NCBI GenBank assembly: GCA_031274035.1
Contig: JAISQR010000388.1
Coordinates: 1-54,349, forward strand
From: Treponema sp.
GTDB lineage: Bacteria > Spirochaetota > Spirochaetia > Treponematales > Breznakiellaceae
Direction: 5' to 3'
DNA: 54,349 nucleotides
The position numbers were made by a program, and so were the translations under genes. How positions within the stretch are numbered: position 1 is the first letter of the stretch; every line of letters begins with the position of its first letter. Below are positions 44,716 to 52,985 of this stretch, in pieces. The notes below the pieces were generated by a model, which was not told where the DNA came from, made no database searches, and worked only from the letters and a program-made list of their open reading frames with translations.

Positions 44716-45165
44716 TTAATCCCCCAACTGCAAACTGATCTGACCTAAAACATAGAGAAACGTCTCTCCTGATACTCTTTGCGTGGGATCGGCTCTACCC
44801 TCAATGACCTTTTTAAACACTAATTCACGGTAAGCGTAACGGTCGTTGGGGAACAGCGAATAGAAAATGCCGCCCCGCAGATCAAAGGCTTTCATAACGA
44901 GGAGGGAAAGACCTCCCAAAGTAATAGGAGAGGTATTATTCTGCCGAAAACGGCTGTCTTTCCCAAGCTCTTCCATCAACTTTTCGGAAAAATCCGCTTT
45001 TACTGCGGGGCCGGCGTTCTGTTGGGCCGCTTCAATTATAAAGATCAAAGCCTGGCCGCAGCTTACCTCGCCGGTCTTCAGAAGATTATCTATAGAATTG
45101 GCTGTCTGGGCTGGTAAAAATTGAACAAATAATAATAGAATAGAAAAACCAAATAACGGTTTCAT
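44716..45165 (-). CDS. Small secreted protein of unknown function
   Basis: Signal peptide MKPLFGFSILLLFVQFLPAQ. A 4-nt gap separates it from the next gene in the cluster. Confidence 0.5.
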   Translation of the reverse strand: MKPLFGFSILLLFVQFLPAQTANSIDNLLKTGEVSCGQALIFIIEAAQQNAGPAVKADFSEKLMEELGKDSRFRQNNTSPITLGGLSLLVMKAFDLRGGIFYSLFPNDRYAYRELVFKKVIEGRADPTQRVSGETFLYVLGQISLQLGD

Positions 45166-45382
45166 TAATGACGCCCTTAATTTAAGAATATTTTATAGTA
45201 GAGGCTTTCCCAAACCTTCAGTTTTTAAGAGTAATTTATTATAGTTTCTTTTTTCAGAAATATCAAGAGATTATGAATGTTTTTATGGATATTTTTACGG
45301 TAATTTAAAAGGGTAAAACCGGAAAAGCTGCCGGCATATCTGTATGCGCGGCTGCCCGCCCTGCCGTTTTACCTTCGTTTCG

Positions 45383-45411
45383 TTGACAATAGGACATTTG
45401 TATAGTATGTT
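45383..45411 (+). promoter_or_regulatory. Sigma70-like promoter TTGACA-17-TATGTT
   Basis: -35 at 45383-45388 and -10 at 45406-45411. AGGAGG lies 5 nt before ATG 45429. Confidence 0.5.
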
Positions 45412-45428
45412 TCCGGTAGGAGGATAGT

Positions 45429-46118
45429 ATGCCCGATCAGAATATACACGGAGCGGCCGGGGATCCGATTTTTGAAGATGTCCGGGCCATGTTCAAGGAG
45501 ACGGCCCTAATGATCAAGGAATCCAGCCGGGAAAGAAGGGAGATGTCTCAGGAAACCGACAGGGAGATCAGGGAGATGTCTCAGGAAACCGACAGGAAGA
45601 TCAGGGAGATGTCTCAGGAAACCGACCGGAAGATCAAGGAGATACATGAGGAAATTAAACAGGCTTTGAAAGAGGCGTCGCGCGTCGTAGGCAATTTGGG
45701 AAACAAACTGGGGGTTGTGGTTGAACATCTGGTATTGGCCAATATATTGGAAAAATTTAACGCGTTAGGCTATGAATTTGAGAAAACCGTACTAAATGTA
45801 CGAATTGAAGACAAGAAAAAAAACATCTATACCGAAGTTGACGCCATGCTGGAAAATGGTGAATTTGTCCTGGCGATAGAGGTGAAAACACAGTTAAACG
45901 TGAAAGATGTGGATGAACACCTTGAACGGATGGATAAATTGCGGCGTCAGGCCGACAGCCGCTATGAGAGGCGTAAATTCCTGGGCGCTGTGGCAGGGGC
46001 TATAGTCGCGGATAATGTAAAAGTATACGCCCAAAAGAATGGTTTCTATGTGATAAAGCAGTCCGGCGATACGGTTACCATCGAAACCCCACGGGAATTT
46101 AAGCCGCGGGAGTGGTAA
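45429..46118 (+). CDS. Coiled-coil + PD-(D/E)xK-like nuclease-fold protein (DUF3782-like family, from memory)
   Basis: The N-terminal repetitive charged helix is followed by ..IYTEVDAMLENGEFVLAIEVKTQL.., a D..E-x-K arrangement. Monocistronic with its own promoter. Confidence 0.55.
   Translation: MPDQNIHGAAGDPIFEDVRAMFKETALMIKESSRERREMSQETDREIREMSQETDRKIREMSQETDRKIKEIHEEIKQALKEASRVVGNLGNKLGVVVEHLVLANILEKFNALGYEFEKTVLNVRIEDKKKNIYTEVDAMLENGEFVLAIEVKTQLNVKDVDEHLERMDKLRRQADSRYERRKFLGAVAGAIVADNVKVYAQKNGFYVIKQSGDTVTIETPREFKPREW
45538..45636 (+). repeat. Three in-frame tandem copies of a 33-nt unit
   Basis: GGGAGATGTCTCAGGAAACCGACrGGrAGATCA x3, encoding REMSQETDRxI x3. Confidence 0.9.
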
Positions 46119-46189
46119 GGGCGCGTTTTTTACATCGCCCCCGTTCCTATCCGTTGACACCTTCCCTTCTCTCCCATTAATATAACCGT

Positions 46190-48031
46190 ATGAAGAAACT
46201 GATATGGTCTGTTGTTATATTTGCTCTTGTGATACTATTTGCCTGTTCCGCGGGAAAAAAGGAAGAATACGATCTTGAAGAAATAGAGAAAGCCGGGACT
46301 GCCGGTTTGAACGAGCTTCTTGCAAAGACGGAGAGCAAGCCCTGGAAGGGCGAGGAATTTAAGGACGGCTTTTTGGGCGGAATCTGGAATTCCAGCGTTA
46401 CAAATGAACCCAAGAGTTTTAACCTGCTGGTAGCCGAGCGTGATGCGGAAACAGCGGCTGTTGTCGCCAATATGCACGAATATCTGCTTGATTACGATGT
46501 AATTAAGCGTGAATGGAATCCGCTCTGCGCCAGCGCCGAGATACAGGTGGACGAAGCAAAGAGTACGCTCGATGTCATCTATACACTGAGGGAGAACCTC
46601 TACTGGAGCTTTTACCAGTCCGCCGAAAAGATCCCCGTTACTTCCGATGATGTTATCTTCTGGTACGATGAAATTGAAGGCGATCCGGCCTTTAACAGTT
46701 CCGCTTATAACGGTCAATTCCTTACCCTGGAAGACGGCGGCAAGGCCCATATTGATATCCGCAAGATTGACGACAGGCGTTTTGCTTTTCACTTTCCCCG
46801 TATAGACGCCAACCCCCTGCTGACTACTAACCGCAACTTCGGGCCTGCCTTTATCTATAAAAAGGCCAAGGACGAAAAGGGCGTCCAGGGCGTACTGGAC
46901 CTTTTCAGCGTGGCCGCGGATGTTAAAACCATCCCCTCAATGGGGAAGTGGCATCTTGTCGAATATGTCCCGAGCCAGCGCCTGGTATACAAACGGAACC
47001 CTTATTACTGGGACAAGGACAGCCAGGGCGTTTCCATGCCGTATATAGAAGAAGAGACGGTTCAGATACTGCCCGATAAAAACACCCAGTACCTTGTTTT
47101 TAAGGAAGGCGGGCTCGAATCCTACAGTCCCCGCCCCGAAGATCTGGATGAACTTATCGATAAGGCCGCTGATAAAACGAGGAATACCGGTTATACGGTG
47201 TTCAATGCCGAAGGTTCCATATCCGCGGGGATGTGGGGCTTTAATCAGAACCCGAAAAACCAGAATACGCCCTGGTACCGGTGGTTTACCCAGAAAAAAT
47301 TTCGCCAGGCCATGAGCTGCCTCCTCAACCGGGACCGTATAGCGGCCCAGGTGTACCGCGGGCTTGCCGAGCCCAAGCTCGATTTTTTCCCGGAGCCTAA
47401 TCCCTACTATAACCCCAATATACGCCTTGAATACCTCTACGATCCCGAACGCGCCCTTACCCTGCTTGCATCCATCGGCCTTACACGCGATAGTGAAGGG
47501 ATCATGCGCGACGCAAGCGGTACGGCTGTTGAATTCGATCTTTCTATTTCCAGTGATGTTGTTACCACCGCCGATACGGCCTCGATCATTGCGGACGAGG
47601 CGGGGAAGATCGGTATCAAGATCAATATCCGTACCCTGGATTTCCAGAAACTTGTAGAACAGCTTACCGGAACCTACGATTGGTCTTCGATCATCATCGG
47701 CCTGGGGAGCAACTTCTTCCCTACCCAGGGTTCCAATGTCTGGCCCTCTACCGGAAACCTTCACTTCTGGCATCCACTCCAGCAAGAACCCGCAACCGAC
47801 TGGGAAGCGCGTATAGATTACCTTTACAACGAGGGGAGTTACACTATAGACAGGCAAAAGGCGCAGGTTATTTGGGATGAATACCAGCGCCTTATCCTGG
47901 AGCAATGCCCGGTTATCTACCTTATGCGCCAGCGTAATTTCTTTGCCCTGCGCAACCGCTGGGATTTCACTAATTTCTACTACGACAATCTAAACGGCGC
48001 CGAGACCAGGCATATCTTTCTAAGGAAATAG
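46190..48031 (+). CDS. ABC transporter substrate-binding lipoprotein, family 5 (peptide/nickel type)
   Basis: Lipobox LVILFACSAG. The size (613 aa) and overall pattern match the family. First gene of the second Opp-type operon. Confidence 0.85.
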   Translation: MKKLIWSVVIFALVILFACSAGKKEEYDLEEIEKAGTAGLNELLAKTESKPWKGEEFKDGFLGGIWNSSVTNEPKSFNLLVAERDAETAAVVANMHEYLLDYDVIKREWNPLCASAEIQVDEAKSTLDVIYTLRENLYWSFYQSAEKIPVTSDDVIFWYDEIEGDPAFNSSAYNGQFLTLEDGGKAHIDIRKIDDRRFAFHFPRIDANPLLTTNRNFGPAFIYKKAKDEKGVQGVLDLFSVAADVKTIPSMGKWHLVEYVPSQRLVYKRNPYYWDKDSQGVSMPYIEEETVQILPDKNTQYLVFKEGGLESYSPRPEDLDELIDKAADKTRNTGYTVFNAEGSISAGMWGFNQNPKNQNTPWYRWFTQKKFRQAMSCLLNRDRIAAQVYRGLAEPKLDFFPEPNPYYNPNIRLEYLYDPERALTLLASIGLTRDSEGIMRDASGTAVEFDLSISSDVVTTADTASIIADEAGKIGIKINIRTLDFQKLVEQLTGTYDWSSIIIGLGSNFFPTQGSNVWPSTGNLHFWHPLQQEPATDWEARIDYLYNEGSYTIDRQKAQVIWDEYQRLILEQCPVIYLMRQRNFFALRNRWDFTNFYYDNLNGAETRHIFLRK

Positions 48032-48147
48032 CGGGACCGGAGGAGATGCCTATGGATACGCCGGAAAAAACATATTGGCATACCGCATTCTTTGAGGTTA
48101 TCCAGGCCGAAAAAGAATAGCGCCGGGGCGCTTTCCAAAAAAATACC

Positions 48148-49239
48148 TTGGAGGTAAAGAGAATTAAGAGGCCAAAGAACTTGGGGCCGTTAATCGTACA
48201 ACCTTTCTACCGCTTTAAACAGAAGGCCCCGCTTGCCGCGTATATTATAAACCGTTTTGTTACCATGCTGATCATGCTGGTTCTCCTGGGCCTTGCCGTG
48301 TTCGGTCTTATGGAGCTTGCGCCTGGGGATATCGTTACCCAGCTTATGACGCAGCAACTTATGGCAGGCGAGGGGCGCTCCAATACCAACCAGCGTAACT
48401 TCACTGAAGAACAGCTTGCAGGCCAAAGGGCGGCTTTGGGGCTGGATCGGCCTTTCTATATACAGTACTTTTCGTGGCTCAACCGCGTCCTCCGCGGAGA
48501 CCTCGGCGTAAGCCTTATCTCCCGTGCGCCGGTTTCTTTCCTTATCCTTTCGAGGCTCTTCAATTCCGTTATCCTCAACCTTATCTCCCTCGTGCTTATT
48601 ACGTTCTTTTCATTCCTGCTGGGGGTCTACTTTTCAAGCAAGGCGGGAACCAAAATCGACATTGCCGTTACCTTTTTTGCCCTTACGCTCCACGCATTCC
48701 CCGGCATCCTCCTCCTTATCCTCCTCCAACTTTTTGCGTCGGTAACAAATCTTTTCCCTGTTACCGCCTACCCGTCCTTCTCCTTTGCCGACGCGCCCGC
48801 CCGCTTCGTCTTTTCCTACCTGCACCACATATTCCTGCCCCTGCTCTCCGCGTTCCTGGGCGGCATAGGCGGGACCATGCGTATGATACGCGCTACCATG
48901 CTCGATCAGCTTGGGCAGCCCTATATCACCAGCCTCCGCTCACGCGGCATACATGAATGGCGGGTCTACTTTCACCACGCATTCCGCAATACCCTCAACC
49001 CCTATATCACCGGCAGCGCCAACCTCCTTGCCGGCCTCTTTTCAGGCTCCCTTATCTTGGAGATAATCTTTGCATACCCTGGCATAGGCCGCCTCATGTA
49101 CGAGGCGGTCATACAGGAGGACATCAACCTGGTACTCTCCAATATCATGTTTATCTCGTTCCTTGTCCTGCTGGGCATGGTACTTGCCGACATACTCCTT
49201 GCGCTTGTGGATCCGCGCATACGGTATGGGAAGGATTAA
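48148..49239 (+). CDS. ABC transporter permease, OppB/DppB type
   Basis: Ends in VDPRIRYGKD with a BPD permease core. The start is uncertain: TTG 48148 or TTG 48181 (AAGAGG 9 nt upstream). Confidence 0.8.
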   Translation: MEVKRIKRPKNLGPLIVQPFYRFKQKAPLAAYIINRFVTMLIMLVLLGLAVFGLMELAPGDIVTQLMTQQLMAGEGRSNTNQRNFTEEQLAGQRAALGLDRPFYIQYFSWLNRVLRGDLGVSLISRAPVSFLILSRLFNSVILNLISLVLITFFSFLLGVYFSSKAGTKIDIAVTFFALTLHAFPGILLLILLQLFASVTNLFPVTAYPSFSFADAPARFVFSYLHHIFLPLLSAFLGGIGGTMRMIRATMLDQLGQPYITSLRSRGIHEWRVYFHHAFRNTLNPYITGSANLLAGLFSGSLILEIIFAYPGIGRLMYEAVIQEDINLVLSNIMFISFLVLLGMVLADILLALVDPRIRYGKD

Positions 49240-49241
49240 TT

Positions 49242-49349
49242 ATGAAAGAAAAACGTACAACAAAGCAAGAAGAAAGACATGCGGGTAGAAGCGCCCCCAA
49301 AAAGAAGCCTTGGGGCGGCCCGGTTCTTCGCGGGCGGAAGACCGCATGA
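49242..49349 (+). CDS. Candidate 35-codon highly basic mini-ORF between the two permease genes
   Basis: MKEKRTTKQEERHAGRSAPKKKPWGGPVLRGRKTA. GGGAAGGA lies 8 nt upstream. The ATG is 2 nt after the permease stop, and its TGA overlaps the next ATG (ATGA at 49346-49349). Confidence 0.3.
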   Translation: MKEKRTTKQEERHAGRSAPKKKPWGGPVLRGRKTA

Positions 49350-51553
49350 AAAAATTTTTCGTTTACCTTAGGTCGCGGCCCCTGGGGATGATTTCGCTTA
49401 TCCTTCTTGTTATTCTTTATATAGTAATGATCTTTGCAGAATTCTTTGCGCCGTACCCCCCGGGCCTTTCCTTTGCCGATAAAACCTACCATCCGCCGAA
49501 CGGCCGTTTTTACGAGGGTAAATTCCAGGCCCAGGAATGGCGTGTTGCCAATACCGTCAACTGGAAGTATGTCCGTGTACGGGGCCTTTACTCAAAGATA
49601 CATTTCCTGGGCCGCGGCGCGCCTTACCGGCTCTTCGGCCTTATCCCGGCCGACCGCCATCTCTTTACGACCGAACCGGGGGACTATCCTTTCTTCCTGA
49701 TGGGCGCCGATAACCTTGGTCGCGATCTTTTCTCGCGTGTTGTCTACGGTTCGCGCATCTCCCTTACGATAGGCTTTATCGCTACCGCTATTTCCCTTTT
49801 CCTTGCGGTACTGCTGGGGGGGCTTTCCGGTTACTTCGGCGGATTTACAGACTGGACGATCATGCGTTTCTCCGAGTTTTTCATGCTTATTCCGGGTCTC
49901 TACCTCATCCTCTTCCTCCGATCCCTCCTCTCATCAAGCATGGATTCAGGCCAGTCCTACATGATGATCACTATCATCCTGTCGCTGGTCGGCTGGCCCG
50001 GCTCAACCCGCACGATACGCGGCATGGTCCATGCCGTCAAGCGGGAGGAATTTGTCCTCAACGCCCGGCTTGAAATGATTAAAAGCCCCGTGATCATTTT
50101 AAGCCACATAATTCCCCAGATTGCAAGCCTGCTCATTGTCAGCATAGCCCTCTCTATCCCCAGCTTTATTATGACCGAAACCACGCTTTCCTACCTGGGC
50201 CTTGGCATAGTCGATCCCGCGGTAAGCTGGGGGTCCCTTATTAAACGGGATATTTCTACTATCAGCAATCTGCGCAACTACCCCTGGCTGCTCGGCCCTG
50301 TCTGGTTCCTCCTTGGCGTTACCCTTGCCTTTAACTTCCTGGGGGACTGTCTGCGCGATTTTTACGATCCTTACCATGTCCGTACCTTTGGAGCAAAGGT
50401 GAAACGGGGGATATGGAATGTAAAATTTGCGGAAAGGAAAGACCGCAAGCAGGACGCAGCCCCATCGCCGAACGAAGAGCGGAAACCGCTCGCGGACGCC
50501 CGGCCGTCTTTGCCGCCGCTGCTTGATGTGCGTAATCTCTCAGTCAGTTTTACGATACTACGGGGAAAGAGCGCCGTTGTAGTTGAAGCGGTACGCGGTG
50601 TTTCATTTACCCTTGAAAAAGGCGGGATACTCGGCATTGTGGGCGAAAGCGGATCGGGCAAAAGCGTCAGCACATCGGCTATTCCCGGCCTTTTGCCCGG
50701 AAACGCCGCGGTGCGGGGTTCGGCCTTATACGAGGGGATAGAGCTTATCGGCATGAAGGATAGCGATCTCAGGCTCTACCGGGGAAGGAAGATAGGCATG
50801 ATCTTTCAGGAACCGGGCCGTTCATACGATCCGCTTCAGAATATGGGGAATGTTTTCTTTGAAACATTTAGGAACAGTTTGCCGGAGATAAGCAGGGAGG
50901 ACGCTATGGAAAAGGCCGCGGCCCTGCTTGCGGAAACCGGCCTGCCGCGGGGACGGGAGCGGCTTTCCAACTTCCCCCACCAGTTCTCAGGCGGCCAACT
51001 CCAGCGCATAGGCATAGCCTTGGCCCTGGCTCAGGGCTGCGAACTTCTCATTGCCGATGAGCCTACAACCGCCCTGGATGTAACGATTCAGAGGCAGATC
51101 GTGGATCTGCTCAAGACCCTGCGGCGGACACGGCAAATTTCCATTATCTTTATAAGCCACGATATAGACCTGGTCGCCGATATTTCCGACCGCATACTGG
51201 TGATGTACGGCGGCCTTGTGATGGAGGAAGGCGCATCGGGCATCATCGCTGCCGGAGACAAGACTCTGAGCGGGGATGCCGGAAAACAGGGAACAGGCGG
51301 CGCCGGGAGCGATAGTGCGCTGCATCCATACACCAGGGCCCTCCTTGCAGCCTCACCCCGTTTCGGCAGCCATTACTTGCAGGAACGGCTCCTCTCTATT
51401 CCCGGTAAGGTAACGGATCCGTCCGCTCCCGAGCCGGGCTGCCCCTTTGCGCCGCGCTGCACGCTCGCCGGGGACGAGTGCCGTAAGGTTATCCCCCCGC
51501 TGCTTAATTTCTCCGCCGCTGAAAAGCACGAAGCGAGGTGCCTTTTTTTATAA
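49346..51553 (+). CDS. Fused ABC permease (OppC/DppC type) and ATP-binding domain (OppD type)
   Basis: Permease part: MGADNLGRDLFSR..LRDFYDP. A ~45-aa linker follows. ATPase part: LLDVRNLSVSF..GESGSGKS..FSGGQLQR..LIADEPTTALD. One continuous frame. Confidence 0.75.
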   Translation: MKKFFVYLRSRPLGMISLILLVILYIVMIFAEFFAPYPPGLSFADKTYHPPNGRFYEGKFQAQEWRVANTVNWKYVRVRGLYSKIHFLGRGAPYRLFGLIPADRHLFTTEPGDYPFFLMGADNLGRDLFSRVVYGSRISLTIGFIATAISLFLAVLLGGLSGYFGGFTDWTIMRFSEFFMLIPGLYLILFLRSLLSSSMDSGQSYMMITIILSLVGWPGSTRTIRGMVHAVKREEFVLNARLEMIKSPVIILSHIIPQIASLLIVSIALSIPSFIMTETTLSYLGLGIVDPAVSWGSLIKRDISTISNLRNYPWLLGPVWFLLGVTLAFNFLGDCLRDFYDPYHVRTFGAKVKRGIWNVKFAERKDRKQDAAPSPNEERKPLADARPSLPPLLDVRNLSVSFTILRGKSAVVVEAVRGVSFTLEKGGILGIVGESGSGKSVSTSAIPGLLPGNAAVRGSALYEGIELIGMKDSDLRLYRGRKIGMIFQEPGRSYDPLQNMGNVFFETFRNSLPEISREDAMEKAAALLAETGLPRGRERLSNFPHQFSGGQLQRIGIALALAQGCELLIADEPTTALDVTIQRQIVDLLKTLRRTRQISIIFISHDIDLVADISDRILVMYGGLVMEEGASGIIAAGDKTLSGDAGKQGTGGAGSDSALHPYTRALLAASPRFGSHYLQERLLSIPGKVTDPSAPEPGCPFAPRCTLAGDECRKVIPPLLNFSAAEKHEARCLFL

Positions 51554-51644
51554 CCGGAGTTTTTAGATGCCTCTTTTAATATATCAAATGCACGTTATTA
51601 TAGAGGTTTAAGCAGCTTAAATTGATGTTTGGAAGGGCGTATTC

Positions 51645-52661
51645 ATGGCGATTATTACGGTTCGGAACCTGAAAAAACGTTTTAACCTCGAAGCCGGTTT
51701 TTTTGCGCGTTTCGGGCGTTTTGTGTATGCGGTGAACGATGTTTCCTTCACCATAGGGAAAAATGAAACCTACGGCCTTGTAGGAGAGTCCGGCTGCGGC
51801 AAAACCACGACCGCGCGGCTGCTCGTGCGTATGTACGAAGCCGATGAGGGGGATATATTTTTTAAGGATGATACGGATGTCCGTTCCCTGCGGCGGGGCG
51901 CCCTTAGACAATACCGGCAGAAGGTCAAGTATGTGTTTCAGGACCCTGCACGTTCGCTTAACCCGCGTATGAGTATTGCCGAAGTGCTCCTTTCCGGTTA
52001 CCGGGCTTCAGGCTCGTGGCCCCGGGGCGGCGAAAAAAAGGCACGGGAAGAGGCCGCGGCTATACTTGAAGAGGTAGGGCTTGCGCCTTCCGACCTTGAG
52101 AAGCGGCCGGCGGAATTTTCAGGCGGGCAGCGCCAGCGTATCTCCATTGCAAGGGGCCTGCTTATGAGGCCGGATCTGCTTATCTGCGATGAAGTAGTTT
52201 CGGCGCTGGATGTTTCTATTCAGGGCCAGATACTCAACCTGCTGCAAGACATACGCGCCAGGCACGACCTTTCCTTTCTGTTTATCGCGCATAACCTCAA
52301 GGTTGCCTGTTATTTCTGCGACCGTATAGGCGTTATGTATAAGGGCAAGATCATGGAGGAAGATGACGCCATCCATCTCTATAAGACCGCGCTGCACCCC
52401 TATACAAGACTGCTCTTTTCTACCGTTTCGGCGGCGGGCCGGGAACCGGCAGACCGGACGGTTACGGCGGACAACCTTGAAGCCGATGATACGGGGACAG
52501 GCGGAACCGGGTGCGCCTTTGCCGTCCGTTGCCCCCTGGCGGATGCCCGCTGTGTTGCGGAAGACCCTCCGCTGCGGCAAGCGGCGCAAACAGCGGCGCA
52601 AAATACCGGCGGGGAACAAGGCGGCGGGCGGCCGCATATCGTAAGGTGTTTTAAGGTCTAA
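51645..52661 (+). CDS. ABC transporter ATP-binding protein, OppF/DppF type
   Basis: GESGCGKTT, FSGGQRQR, LICDEVVSALD, and a C-terminal oligopeptide-type extension. Confidence 0.85.
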   Translation: MAIITVRNLKKRFNLEAGFFARFGRFVYAVNDVSFTIGKNETYGLVGESGCGKTTTARLLVRMYEADEGDIFFKDDTDVRSLRRGALRQYRQKVKYVFQDPARSLNPRMSIAEVLLSGYRASGSWPRGGEKKAREEAAAILEEVGLAPSDLEKRPAEFSGGQRQRISIARGLLMRPDLLICDEVVSALDVSIQGQILNLLQDIRARHDLSFLFIAHNLKVACYFCDRIGVMYKGKIMEEDDAIHLYKTALHPYTRLLFSTVSAAGREPADRTVTADNLEADDTGTGGTGCAFAVRCPLADARCVAEDPPLRQAAQTAAQNTGGEQGGGRPHIVRCFKV

Positions 52662-52681
52662 CAGTCGGGGGTTATAGGCGT

Positions 52682-52739
52682 CAGCAATTTTACTTTTGAG
52701 TCCCCTCCGAAAACCGGGGATTAAAAAGTAAAACCGCTG
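52682..52739 (+). repeat. Family B, copy B3: both TIRs enclosing only a 20-nt hairpin
   Basis: CAGCAATTTTACTTTTgag-TCCCCtccgaaaaccGGGGA-ttAAAAAGTAAAACCGCTG. Confidence 0.75.
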
Positions 52740-52930
52740 CCCGGCAGAGCAAAAAAATCCCCGGCGGGGGCCGGGGAAAAGAAATTTAACCGCGAACAGC
52801 ACGAACAAAGAAATTTGGAAGGCGGAATTTGAAATTCCCTGTTTATAGGCTTTTCCGAAATTTCAAATTCCTCATACCCCGCTATCTGCGGCAAAAATTT
52901 AAACTGTCGCCCTAAAGCTCCCCCGAGAAT

Positions 52931-52978
52931 GGGTTCTTAGCGGGCTCTTGGGTATTACACCCGCGCATTCCAATAACC
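52931..52978 (+). repeat. Family C repeat, copy C2
   Basis: GGGTTCTTAGCGGGCTCTTGGGTATTACACCC..TTCCAATAACC aligns with 11689-11740. Confidence 0.7.
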
Positions 52979-52985
52979 ACAAAAA

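Noticed and set aside
48046-48120. Small ORF MPMDTPEKTYWHTAFFEVIQAEKE between the second binding-protein gene and its permease
   Set aside because: It is short, has no recognisable feature, and I cannot assess its conservation. GGAGG is well spaced only for the second Met. I note it as possible but unsupported.
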